This document shows positions 38,361 to 47,722 of a stretch of DNA of 64,000 nt, piece after piece. Under the pieces are notes generated by a model, which worked only from the letters and a program-made list of their open reading frames with translations, was not told the origin of the DNA and did no database searches. This stretch comes from Hyphomonadaceae bacterium. GTDB taxonomy: Bacteria > Pseudomonadota > Alphaproteobacteria > Caulobacterales > Hyphomonadaceae. The stretch spans positions 12,025 to 76,024 of the forward strand of contig JANQQC010000006.1 of NCBI GenBank assembly GCA_028285145.1, read 5' to 3'. A program made the translations under genes and the position numbers. Each line of letters begins with the position of its first letter. The first letter of the stretch is position 1.

Positions 38361-39163
38361 GACAAATCCGTCAGTCGCGCCTCGATTGTAAGCAGGTCGC
38401 GCCAGGCGCGGCTCTTCTCGACGGGCCGGCGGAGCAGAAAAGCCGGGTGGAAGATCGGGAAAAACGGGATCGGTTCGCCACCCGGCGGCGTGTAGGAATA
38501 CTCCTTACCGCGCGTTTTCATGATGCCGGTTGAGATTGAGAGTAAGGACTTGGTCGGCACGTTACCGGCGGCAACAATGACCTTGGGCGCACTCAACACA
38601 ATCATACGATCCACGAACGGCCGGCACACGGCGAGTTCGTCTGCTTCCGGGTTGCGATTTCCCGGCGGACGCCAGTAATTCACATTGGTGATGAACGCAT
38701 TCTCGGCGCGGTTCAGATTGATGGCGGCGAGCATCTTGTCCAGCAATTGACCGGCCCGGCCGACAAAGGGCTTACCGATGCGGTCTTCCTCGCCGCCGGG
38801 ACCTTCACCGATAACCATGACCGGCGCGCCGAACACGCCATCATGGACGGCTGTCTTATTGCAGCCCTGTTTCAGGGGGCATCCTTCAAACGCTTCGATC
38901 GCAGCCGTCAGCGACGCGATATCGTTGCAGGCCGCTGCCGTCGCGGTCGCCTCAGCGGCCCAGTCTTCAACTGACTTTGGTCCTTTCTTTCGACGCGTCT
39001 GCGGGACCGGATTCGCTTCCGGAGTTGCCTGCTCTTTCGGCGGTTCGGTCCGTTTGGCGGCCTTCAGATAGGCGCGTATCTCGGCTTCATCGGCCGGTAC
39101 GCCCATATCTGCCCACCAGTCGGCGAGCGCGCGATAAGCTGGGTCTGACACGGCTTGAGGCAT
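38357..39163 (-). CDS. Family 4 uracil-DNA glycosylase with ~85-aa N-terminal extension
   Basis: It has GEGPGGEED, GKPFVGRAGQLLD and HPAFLLR motifs. Confidence 0.85.
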   Translation of the reverse strand: MPQAVSDPAYRALADWWADMGVPADEAEIRAYLKAAKRTEPPKEQATPEANPVPQTRRKKGPKSVEDWAAEATATAAACNDIASLTAAIEAFEGCPLKQGCNKTAVHDGVFGAPVMVIGEGPGGEEDRIGKPFVGRAGQLLDKMLAAINLNRAENAFITNVNYWRPPGNRNPEADELAVCRPFVDRMIVLSAPKVIVAAGNVPTKSLLSISTGIMKTRGKEYSYTPPGGEPIPFFPIFHPAFLLRRPVEKSRAWRDLLTIEARLTDLS

Positions 39164-39256
39164 TGAGACGCTTTGGATTTCCTATAAACGAGCCATAAAT
39201 CAATACGTACGAGACACTGGCGCTGACAGATAAGCGCATGAATTTGGGAGACATAT

Positions 39257-40939
39257 ATGGCATCCGACGCGCCCCAGCGGGAGTCAATGGAATACGATCT
39301 GGTTATTGTTGGCGGAGGGCCTGCTGGCCTGTGCGCGGCGATCAGATTCAAGCAACTGGCTAATGAGGCCGGCGAGGATCTCTCCGTTGTCGTGATTGAG
39401 AAGGGTGGTGAGATAGGTGCCCATATCCTGTCTGGCCTGGTGCTTGATCCCAAGGCCCTCGACGAACTGATCCCGGATTGGCGCGAGCGCGATGACCGCC
39501 CTCTGAAAACCGAAGTCACGGTTGATAAGTACAAGATGCTTGGGCCGAAGGGCTCTTTCACTTTCCCGAACTTCGCCTTCCCGAAGCTGATGCACAATCA
39601 CGGGTGCTACGCTGGATCGCTTGGTAATGTCTGCCGCTGGCTGGGGCAGGAAGCCGAGAATATGGGCGTCGAGATCTTTCCAGGCTTTGCGGCATCCGAG
39701 GTCGTTTATGGCGAGAACGGCGAAGTCAAAGGCATCGTTGCAGGTGTCATGGGCATCGCTGAAGACGGCTCGCACAAGCCTGACTATGAGCCAGGCATGG
39801 AGCTGCTCGGCAAGTATACGCTGTTCGCGGAAGGCGCACGTGGCTCGCTGACCAAAGAGCTGAAGAAGAAATTCGATCTGGAAGCCGACAGCGATCCGCA
39901 GAAGTACGGCATTGGCCTGAAAGAGGTCTGGTCTGTTCCGGAAGAAGGCTTTGAGGAAGGCCTTGCACAGCACACTTTCGGCTGGCCGGCTGACACCAAG
40001 CATTCAAGCGGCGGCGGCTTCCTCTACAAGTTCCGGGACAATGGCGAGCCGTTCGTTTCGGTCGGCTACGTCGTTCACCTGAACTATCAGAACCCCTACA
40101 TCGCGCCGTACGAAGAGTTCCAGCGCTACAAGCACCATCCTGATATCCTTGAGCATATCGAAGGCGGCAAGCGCGTGGCCTACGGCGCACGAGCCATCAC
40201 GTCAGGCGGTCTCCAGTCTGTTCCGAAGCTCGGCTTCCCGGGCGGCGCATTGATCGGCTGCTCGGCTGGTTTTGTGAACCTTCCGCGCATCAAAGGAACA
40301 CATAATGCGATGAAGACCGGCATGCTCGGCGCGGAAACCGCGTTCGAGGCGATCAAGGCTGGCCGAACGGGCGATGCGCTCGACGCGTTGGATGAGGCCT
40401 ATAAGTCAAGCTGGGTCTATGAAGACCTCGCCAAGGTACGAAACACCAAGCCGCTCATGTCTCGTTATGGCACGCTGATGGGGGCCGTTCTCGGCATGCC
40501 GGACATGTATCTGCGGTCCTGGTTTGGGTTTGGCTACCTGCCAACGTTGAAGCATACCAAGTCAGATGCGGAGTCACTCAAGCCAGCTTCCAAATTCAAG
40601 CCGATTGATTATCCGAAGCCGGATGGCGTGATTTCGTTCGACAAGCTGACCAATGTGTCTTTCACCAACACCTATCATGCAGAAGACCAGCCGGTTCACC
40701 TGAAGGTGCTGGATGAGGCCCTGCAGAAATCTTCAGAGCATGATGTTTTTGATGGGCCCTCGGCGCGCTATTGCCCGGCCGGGGTCTATGAGTGGGTGGA
40801 AGAGGGCGGTTCGCTCAAATTCCAGATCAATTCGCAGAATTGCATCCACTGCAAAACGTGCGACATCAAGGATCCGAACCAGAACATCAACTGGACGGTG
40901 CCAGAGGGCTCCGGCGGGCCAAGCTACCCTAACATGTAA
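39257..40939 (+). CDS. Electron-transfer flavoprotein:ubiquinone oxidoreductase
   Basis: It has the FAD motif DLVIVGGGPAGL, a C-terminal 4Fe-4S motif (CIHCKTCDIKDP) and ends GGPSYPNM. Confidence 0.93.
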   Translation: MASDAPQRESMEYDLVIVGGGPAGLCAAIRFKQLANEAGEDLSVVVIEKGGEIGAHILSGLVLDPKALDELIPDWRERDDRPLKTEVTVDKYKMLGPKGSFTFPNFAFPKLMHNHGCYAGSLGNVCRWLGQEAENMGVEIFPGFAASEVVYGENGEVKGIVAGVMGIAEDGSHKPDYEPGMELLGKYTLFAEGARGSLTKELKKKFDLEADSDPQKYGIGLKEVWSVPEEGFEEGLAQHTFGWPADTKHSSGGGFLYKFRDNGEPFVSVGYVVHLNYQNPYIAPYEEFQRYKHHPDILEHIEGGKRVAYGARAITSGGLQSVPKLGFPGGALIGCSAGFVNLPRIKGTHNAMKTGMLGAETAFEAIKAGRTGDALDALDEAYKSSWVYEDLAKVRNTKPLMSRYGTLMGAVLGMPDMYLRSWFGFGYLPTLKHTKSDAESLKPASKFKPIDYPKPDGVISFDKLTNVSFTNTYHAEDQPVHLKVLDEALQKSSEHDVFDGPSARYCPAGVYEWVEEGGSLKFQINSQNCIHCKTCDIKDPNQNINWTVPEGSGGPSYPNM

Positions 40940-40944
40940 GTCGT

Positions 40945-40978
40945 GCGGGCATGGACGGTTCAAACCGACCCTGCCCGC
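40945..40978. terminator. Hairpin between convergent ETF-QO and acyl-CoA dehydrogenase genes (possible bidirectional terminator or stabiliser)
   Basis: The arms GCGGGCAtGGaCGGTT / AACCGaCCcTGCCCGC give about 13 bp with two mismatches. There is no clear U-tract on either strand. Confidence 0.4.
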
Positions 40979-40990
40979 GAGACTAATTGT

Positions 40991-42232
40991 CTACAGCAGG
41001 TCCCCGCCTGCCGCAGCGGCGGTTGTGCCGTCGGCTTTGAACGCGCGAATCACATTCTTCCCTGTGATCCATTTGTGCACTTCGTCCGGCCCGTCCACCA
41101 GGCGCTGGGACCGGATATGAGTATACCAGGAGGCAAGCGGCGTATCTGTGCTGTAGCCGAGCGCGCCGTGTAGCTGGATTGCTGTGTCGACGACCTTGTG
41201 CACCATGTTTGCCAGGAACACCTTTGCGATCCCGTTCTCCTGACGGATGTCGAGACCGTTTTCAGCCTTATAGGCGATGTGCATGAGCATGAGCCGGGCG
41301 ATGTAGAGCTGGCTGGCGCACTCAGCGAGCATGAACTGAACGCCCTGACGCTCCTCCAGTCCTTTGCCGAAGGTTGAGCGTTCCGTGACGTGCGCGGTCG
41401 CCAGGTCAAGCGCGCGCTGAGCCATAGCGACATTGTGCATGCCGTGGCGCAGACGACCATAAGCGAGACGATGCTGGCCCATGGCGAAACCGCCGCCCTC
41501 GCCACCAAGCAGGTTGTCTTCAGACACAACGAGATCCTTGATCTCGATCTCGCAATGAGCGGCCCCCATCTGCTCGGCCACTTCGCTGTGCAGCGCCATG
41601 GTCGGGATGTTACGCAGGATGTTGTAGCCGGGGTTTGGCAGCTCAACGATGAAAGTGGAGAATTGCTGGTGGCGCGGGGCTTCCGGATTGGTCTTGGCCA
41701 TCACCACCGCGATGTCTGCGACATTGGCGGAGCTTGAGAACCACTTTTCGCCGTTCAGGACATAATTGCCCTTGCCGTCCTTTTCGGCGCGAGTCTGCAT
41801 GCCGGTCGCGTCAGCGCCAGCGGCTTTCTCCGTCATGGAGTAGCAGATGCGCTTCTCGCCATTGAGCAGTGGTTTGAGGAACTTCTCTTTCTGGTGGTCC
41901 GTACCATGCGCCAGCAGGGTGAGCATCGTCGCGTCGTCCGGGCCTTGCGAGTTCATCGAAAGCGCGCCGAGATGGCTCTGGCCGAGTTCCATCTGCACGA
42001 GCGCATTGGCGAGTGGCCCGAGCCCCATGCCGCCATGCTCCTTCGGAATAAAGGGTAGCCAAAGGCCCTGCGCGCGCGCCTTCTTACGAAGCGCCGCGAG
42101 CACCTCCTTGTAAGGCGTGCCGCCGGTTAGGTCTTTCTCTGCGGGGATGCACTCATCCTGCACCCATTGCCGGACCCGTTCGCGCACTTCCTTTGCATCG
42201 TCGGGAATTACAAAATCGATTGCCATGACCAT
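40991..42232 (-). CDS. Acyl-CoA dehydrogenase
   Basis: 413 aa with the ACAD three-domain pattern (YSMTEKAAGADA, NGEKWF, C-terminal helical domain). Confidence 0.9.
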   Translation of the reverse strand: MVMAIDFVIPDDAKEVRERVRQWVQDECIPAEKDLTGGTPYKEVLAALRKKARAQGLWLPFIPKEHGGMGLGPLANALVQMELGQSHLGALSMNSQGPDDATMLTLLAHGTDHQKEKFLKPLLNGEKRICYSMTEKAAGADATGMQTRAEKDGKGNYVLNGEKWFSSSANVADIAVVMAKTNPEAPRHQQFSTFIVELPNPGYNILRNIPTMALHSEVAEQMGAAHCEIEIKDLVVSEDNLLGGEGGGFAMGQHRLAYGRLRHGMHNVAMAQRALDLATAHVTERSTFGKGLEERQGVQFMLAECASQLYIARLMLMHIAYKAENGLDIRQENGIAKVFLANMVHKVVDTAIQLHGALGYSTDTPLASWYTHIRSQRLVDGPDEVHKWITGKNVIRAFKADGTTAAAAGGDLL

Positions 42233-42360
42233 TATCCTCCTGAGTTTTGAGTCAACGATACAGGTCAGCCGACGGCGATCCAGCCGAAAACGAAATGACT
42301 TAGGGGAAGCAGGTATTCCCGCGCTTAGGCCTCAGTGCTACCTGTCTGGTGCAAGCCGGG

Positions 42361-42888
42361 TTATTCAGCAGGGGCGGCCGTTTCGGCTGGCCTGAGCGTC
42401 TCAGGCGGCGACAGGCGGACCACCCTTGGCCGCCAGACGCCCAGAATGACGTTGGCGATAGAAATCGCCATGACGGCAAGCAGTGTGTACCACTCCATGG
42501 CCAGCAGGGACTGAAGCGCGTCGGGGGCTGCCTCTCCATTTGCGATCTCAATCGAAACCCTGGCGGCATGGTCGGCTTTGGCGCTGACAATGGTGAGTAC
42601 GCCCTTGAACATGAGCACACCGCTCACGGCCTTTATCCAAACCCAGCCCTTATCCTGAAAGGGCGTGTGCACGACCATTGAGAACAGGCCTGTCACAAGG
42701 CCCAGTGCAAGCGATGGGAGCAATACATAGTCGCTCACCAGAGCGATGCTTTGGCGCAGATCGGCGTAGGCTGAAGGCTCTATCGGCGTCGAGATCGTGA
42801 GCAGGACCATATAGCAGCCCAGACCGCCAATCAGTCCGCTCGCGGCAATCGTATGAAGGATTTTCACGATCTTCCGGGTGCGTTGCAT
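42361..42888 (-). CDS. Integral membrane protein (DUF2269-like)
   Basis: 175 aa with four hydrophobic helices. The family name is from recollection only. Confidence 0.55.
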   Translation of the reverse strand: MQRTRKIVKILHTIAASGLIGGLGCYMVLLTISTPIEPSAYADLRQSIALVSDYVLLPSLALGLVTGLFSMVVHTPFQDKGWVWIKAVSGVLMFKGVLTIVSAKADHAARVSIEIANGEAAPDALQSLLAMEWYTLLAVMAISIANVILGVWRPRVVRLSPPETLRPAETAAPAE

Positions 42889-43104
42889 AGCCTGAAGCCT
42901 CGCTCGCTTGCCGTCCGGCTTGTTAGGGCGCGCCGGACTATTGGACGCGAATACTCTGCAAATTCAACTAAGCCGCGGGACAAATCGATCAAGCAGGCGT
43001 TCCAATTGGAGCATTTCGCCTTCACCTGGTCACGATTGATCAATCCTGTTGCTGCAATGCAGTAGGAGTGTTTCACTCCCTCAGTCGGCCAGCGGAGACC
43101 ATGT

Positions 43105-45033
43105 ATGCCCCGATTTTCCTCCCGCACGCTATTCGGCGCAGCAGCCGCACTTGCGCTGACAGGCTGTGCTGTTGCGCCAGAGGCACCAAAAAGCGCTGAT
43201 CGTGCGGCGGTTGACGCGATTGTCGGCCCGCTGGATGGGATCTACGCTGTTTCCCCAGCGGCGGCGGCTACGGCAGTTTTGCGTGATGATGGCAGGCCCG
43301 TCGGCCTGCTGGCCTATGAGAGCCCTGCCGACGCGATCCGTGCGGGCGACATGGCGGCTTTTATCGAGCACGTGAAGCTCTCTCGCATGGGCGAGAACGA
43401 GCCCGGCGATTTCGGCGTGGCGGTTATTGCCCTTGATCGTGTAGCGGCAGGTGATCTGGAAGCGGCGCGCCTTGTTCTCGATAGCGCTGAGGGTGAACCC
43501 GCCTCGGCCCGCGTGCTCGCGTTTATCGAAGCTTGGGTCACAGCGCTGGAGGGCGACGAACAGAAGGCCATCGATGAGGTTCGCGTGGTTGGTGGGGCGC
43601 TTCCGGGCCTGACAGGCGACCTTTCGCTGGCGGCCATGCTTGAGGCCTTCGGGCGGCACGAGGAGGCGCTTGGCGTTTATGCCAGCCTGACACCCCGCGA
43701 GATTGAAGCGCCGCAACATGCCTTCGATCCGCAAGGTATCCTGTTCGCTCACGCCCAGACGGTAGTGTCGCGGCGGACGCTGCTCCTGCGTCGCCTCGGC
43801 CGGATCGAGGAAGCGCGTGACATCTATGCGCGGCTCGCGGCGTCTGAGCCGGAGCAGTCCGCCCGCTACAACGCAGCGATTGCATCACTGGATGATCCAG
43901 ACGAGTTCAAGGACGATGTCTTCCTGACGCCTCAGACTGCGTTTGCCCGATCCTTAAGCGACCTGGCCCTGACCCTTTACCAACAGCGGGTGATTACGGC
44001 CGCGCTGGCGGGCGTTCGGATCACGGGATTTGATGAGAACCGTTCGACCATGGATCAGCTCGCCCTGCTGATAGATCCGTCCGATGAAGGCCTGCGCGAG
44101 GTCGTGATTTCGGGTCTCTATGACGAAGCGCTCTATGAAGGAGCAGCGCACGTCGCGGTGACTGCTCCTGAACCGACGCCGCGCCTGCAGCTGTCGGCGG
44201 CCTCTTCCTTCCTGATGCTGGGCGATGAGAAGGCGTCCCGGCGTGCGCTTAATCGCAGCCTGCGCCTGTCGGACGACACTGAACAGCTGGAAACGCTGGT
44301 CGGGGCGCTTCGTCTGTACACCTTGATGGACGAGGAAGGGGAGGCGATCGAGACCGCCAAGCGGGCCCGCAGCGCTGCCGAGAACCAGTCCGAACAAGCC
44401 GTTACGCATGCTCTCACAGCCTCCGCACTCCAGCATTTTGGTCGTACCGATGAGGCAGTTTTCCACGCGCGCTCCGCTCGTGAACTCGACGACACCCATG
44501 ACCGGCGGATGATGCTTGCCGATATTCTCGGCGCGGCCGGGCAGGTCGATGAGGCGCTTCGGATCATCAGGACCGAGCGTCTCGGCCGGCCTAACGATCC
44601 CTATATGCTCAACACGCTGGGCTACTTCCTGATCACGCGAACCGATCGCTACGAGGAAGGCTACAAGGTACTGGCGCGGGCTTATTCGCTCGCTGACCGT
44701 GATCCTTATATCGCCGACAGCTTCGGATGGGCACGGTACAAGCTTGGCGATCTTGTTGGAGCGCAGCGTCTCCTTTTGCAGGCTCGTGCTGAGCTGGAGC
44801 CGCAGGCGCACTGGGAGATCGAGGACCATCTTGGCGACGTGTTCTGGCACCAGGGTGAGACGGACAAGGCCAAGGAGGCGTGGGCGACTGCGCTCGATGA
44901 ATACCCCCCGGCGCATAAGCGGGCACTGATTGAAGACAAGCTCGAAAATGGCCTCGAAGGCCCGCCGCCTGAGAAGCGCCCCTTGCCTGACGTCTCGCTG
45001 GAAGACGGAACGGTCGATCAGCAGGAGATATGA
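43105..45033 (+). CDS. TPR-repeat lipoprotein (paralog 1)
   Basis: It has a lipobox (LALTGC) and multiple TPR-like repeats. Its C-terminal region is alignable with the next gene. Confidence 0.75.
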   Translation: MPRFSSRTLFGAAAALALTGCAVAPEAPKSADRAAVDAIVGPLDGIYAVSPAAAATAVLRDDGRPVGLLAYESPADAIRAGDMAAFIEHVKLSRMGENEPGDFGVAVIALDRVAAGDLEAARLVLDSAEGEPASARVLAFIEAWVTALEGDEQKAIDEVRVVGGALPGLTGDLSLAAMLEAFGRHEEALGVYASLTPREIEAPQHAFDPQGILFAHAQTVVSRRTLLLRRLGRIEEARDIYARLAASEPEQSARYNAAIASLDDPDEFKDDVFLTPQTAFARSLSDLALTLYQQRVITAALAGVRITGFDENRSTMDQLALLIDPSDEGLREVVISGLYDEALYEGAAHVAVTAPEPTPRLQLSAASSFLMLGDEKASRRALNRSLRLSDDTEQLETLVGALRLYTLMDEEGEAIETAKRARSAAENQSEQAVTHALTASALQHFGRTDEAVFHARSARELDDTHDRRMMLADILGAAGQVDEALRIIRTERLGRPNDPYMLNTLGYFLITRTDRYEEGYKVLARAYSLADRDPYIADSFGWARYKLGDLVGAQRLLLQARAELEPQAHWEIEDHLGDVFWHQGETDKAKEAWATALDEYPPAHKRALIEDKLENGLEGPPPEKRPLPDVSLEDGTVDQQEI

Positions 45034-45077
45034 TGGCCGGGCTTGCCGGGGCAGCCGCATACTGGAAATAAGAGTTC

Positions 45078-46835
45078 ATGATCGTTCGTAGTGTCGTAAT
45101 TGCGTTTCTTGCCGCCAGTACCGTGTATGCCTGCGCAGGTGCACCAGAGAGCGGCGTAGTGCGCGCGGACTATCGTACCCCGTTGGACCGTCCCCAGACG
45201 GCTAAGGCCTACAGCCACTTCCTCGTGGGCCGGTTTGCTGCGCTGACGAATGATCCCCGCGAGGCCGCGTTCAATTACGCGGCGGCGCTCGAAACCATAC
45301 CGGGCGACCGAAGTGTTGCAGAACGTGCAGTGTTCGCGGCTCTCCTGGCTGATGATTTCGATGGGGCTGCGGAGGTCGCCAAGACGATCAGCCGGGACCG
45401 CGAGACCAATGTGTCATTGGCCCGCCTTGTCACTGCCGTCGATCGCCTGCGCCGGAACGATCCTGTGGCTGCCGTCGCGGATCTCGATGATGCAGAATTT
45501 GGCCCCTTCAATACCATGGTGGCGCACAATCTTGCTGCATGGGCCGAGCTCGAACGCGGAGGCCTCGACGCTGCCCGCAACCGGCTGATCGAGAACCGGA
45601 CTGGCGATAATCTGCTGGATGGCGTGACGCTGAACATGGTCGGGTTTCTCCAGCTGTCGGCCGAGCAGGACGAAGCGGCGCTCGATACGTTCGATACGGT
45701 CTGGACAAGCGGTGCACGTCTGGCCGTTGCGACCGAAGCCCATGCAAGGCTTCTGGCATCACTCGGCGAAACCGATCGGGCAATTACGTTGCTGACGAAC
45801 TTCACGGAAGAGGTAGGCCGCAATCCCGGGGTTGCTGACCTGCTTGACCGAATAAAGGCCGGAGAGCGGATCAAGGCGTACCGGCCGACTATCCAGCAGG
45901 GCGCAGCACTGGCGGTCTATGCACCTGCTGCCGCTCTGGCGGCACAAACTGACGGCGATCTTGCCGGGGTCTATTTCGCTATGGCGCTTGCGCTGGATCC
46001 TGAACTGGATGTGGCCCGCACGCTCTGGGGGGAGGCGCTGGACGATGCTGGCCGTCGCGCCGATGCGATTGATGTCTTGGACCGTGTACCGGAGCGCTCG
46101 CCATTCTATGCAACGGCGCAGGGTCAGCTCGCCTGGGTTCTGCGTCGCGAAGGTCGCAATCAGGAAGCGCTCGAAACCGCGATAGAAGCGCTCAACCATA
46201 CCTCTGATCGCGACCTCAAGGTCCAGTTGGGCGATCTTTTCCGGTCGCTTGACCGCCATGGTGAAGCGGCCCGCATCTTTGATCAGGTCATCACCTCCGA
46301 CGAGGCAGAAGGCCGCAGGGACTGGCGACTCCTGTTTGCGCGCGGGGCCGCGAGGGAGCGGATGGGCAACTGGCCAGACGCCGAAGTCGACTTGCGCGCC
46401 GCACTGGCCATCGCGCCCGATGAACCGGATGTGCTGAACTATCTTGGCTACGGTCTCGTTGATCGCGGCGAAGATCTGGATGAAGCGCTTGCCCTTATCC
46501 GGCGGGCCGTGAAGAAATCACCCCTGAATGGCCAGATCGTCGATAGCCTTGGCTGGGCCTATTATCGTCTTGGCCGGTATGACGAGGCGGTCCGCCATCT
46601 TGAACGCGCCGTTGAACTGGAACCGGGCGATGTCGTCCTGAACGACCATCTCGGCGATGCTTACTGGAAAGTGGGGCGGACACTGGAAGCGCGTTTTCAG
46701 TGGTCGCGTGCCTTGAACCTGGCGGGCGCGGAAGACCGAACCGATGAGCTTGAAGCCAAGCTCGCAAACGGATTGGTGACAACAAGCGAAGACATGGCCG
46801 AAGCCGGCAATACCGCCGCGTCGGCGAGTCCCTAG
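45078..46835 (+). CDS. TPR-repeat lipoprotein (paralog 2)
   Basis: It has a signal/lipobox (STVYAC) and TPR repeats. It also has a C-terminal block (NYLGY...DSLGWAYYRLG...DHLGDAYWK) shared with paralog 1. Confidence 0.75.
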   Translation: MIVRSVVIAFLAASTVYACAGAPESGVVRADYRTPLDRPQTAKAYSHFLVGRFAALTNDPREAAFNYAAALETIPGDRSVAERAVFAALLADDFDGAAEVAKTISRDRETNVSLARLVTAVDRLRRNDPVAAVADLDDAEFGPFNTMVAHNLAAWAELERGGLDAARNRLIENRTGDNLLDGVTLNMVGFLQLSAEQDEAALDTFDTVWTSGARLAVATEAHARLLASLGETDRAITLLTNFTEEVGRNPGVADLLDRIKAGERIKAYRPTIQQGAALAVYAPAAALAAQTDGDLAGVYFAMALALDPELDVARTLWGEALDDAGRRADAIDVLDRVPERSPFYATAQGQLAWVLRREGRNQEALETAIEALNHTSDRDLKVQLGDLFRSLDRHGEAARIFDQVITSDEAEGRRDWRLLFARGAARERMGNWPDAEVDLRAALAIAPDEPDVLNYLGYGLVDRGEDLDEALALIRRAVKKSPLNGQIVDSLGWAYYRLGRYDEAVRHLERAVELEPGDVVLNDHLGDAYWKVGRTLEARFQWSRALNLAGAEDRTDELEAKLANGLVTTSEDMAEAGNTAASASP

Positions 46836-46838
46836 GCT

Positions 46839-47720
46839 ATGAGTCATATCAGCCGGCTTTGGGCACCGGCCAAGGTAAACTTGTTTCTTCATGTCGGACC
46901 GGCGCGTCGCGATGGTCGCCACGATCTTGACTCGCTGGTCGTCTTCGCTGGTCCGGAAGTCGCTGATGTGCTGTTCGTCGAGCCGGCTGCCAGTTTCGAT
47001 CTTACAGTTCGCGGAGAGACTGCTTCCGCCACCGGACCAATTGAGGACAATCTTGTTTCGCGTGCCGTCCGGGGCATGGAGACGGTTTCCGGCCGACCCT
47101 TAAATTATTCGATCCTCCTGGAGAAAAATCTTCCGGTTGCGGCAGGTGTCGGGGGCGGCTCCGCCGATGCAGGCGCGGTTATGAGGGCGCTTGCCGAGCC
47201 AAGTGGGTTGGGGGTTGAACAGCTGCTCGCCATAGCCGCGCGCCTTGGGGGAGACGTGCCCGCATCCTTGTTGAGTGCGCCTTGTCTGATGCGGGGTGAC
47301 GGGGACCGGGTCGAGCCGGTTTCAGACCTGCCGGCTTTGCCTGCACTTCTTGTAAACCCTCGCTTTGCCTGTCCGACGGGTCCCGTCTTCAAAGCCTTTG
47401 ACGAGGAGGGCGGGGGCGCGGACTTTCGGGAGCTGGATCTGCCGGAGGCAGCCGATGCGTCGACGCTAATCGCTTGGTTGCTCTCCGAAACGCGCAATGA
47501 TCTGGAGCCTCCCGCCCGGCATCTTGTGCCGGAGATTGAGGATGTCCTGTCTGCGCTGGAGTCGCTTTCGGGAGCCAGGCTGGTGCGGATGACAGGCTCC
47601 GGCGCGACATGCTTTGCTCTCTTCGAGACACAGGCCATGGCTATGGATGCTGAAGCCGAAATCCGGCGGACGCGTCCCGGTTGGTGGGCGCGGGCCGCGA
47701 TGCTCGGGGAAGGGGCTTGA
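46839..47720 (+). CDS. ispE: 4-(cytidine 5'-diphospho)-2-C-methyl-D-erythritol kinase
   Basis: It begins APAKVNLFLHV and has the GHMP kinase motif VAAGVGGGSADA. Confidence 0.9.
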   Translation: MSHISRLWAPAKVNLFLHVGPARRDGRHDLDSLVVFAGPEVADVLFVEPAASFDLTVRGETASATGPIEDNLVSRAVRGMETVSGRPLNYSILLEKNLPVAAGVGGGSADAGAVMRALAEPSGLGVEQLLAIAARLGGDVPASLLSAPCLMRGDGDRVEPVSDLPALPALLVNPRFACPTGPVFKAFDEEGGGADFRELDLPEAADASTLIAWLLSETRNDLEPPARHLVPEIEDVLSALESLSGARLVRMTGSGATCFALFETQAMAMDAEAEIRRTRPGWWARAAMLGEGA

Positions 47721-47722
47721 GC

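Noticed and set aside
42853-43065. A 70-aa + strand ORF spanning the spacer upstream of the first TPR lipoprotein gene. The hairpin GGAGTG-TTT-CACTCC at 43065-43079 lies in the same spacer.
   Set aside because: The ORF starts inside the divergent membrane-protein gene and has no coding-like bias. The hairpin is short and isolated, so I do not report it as a feature.
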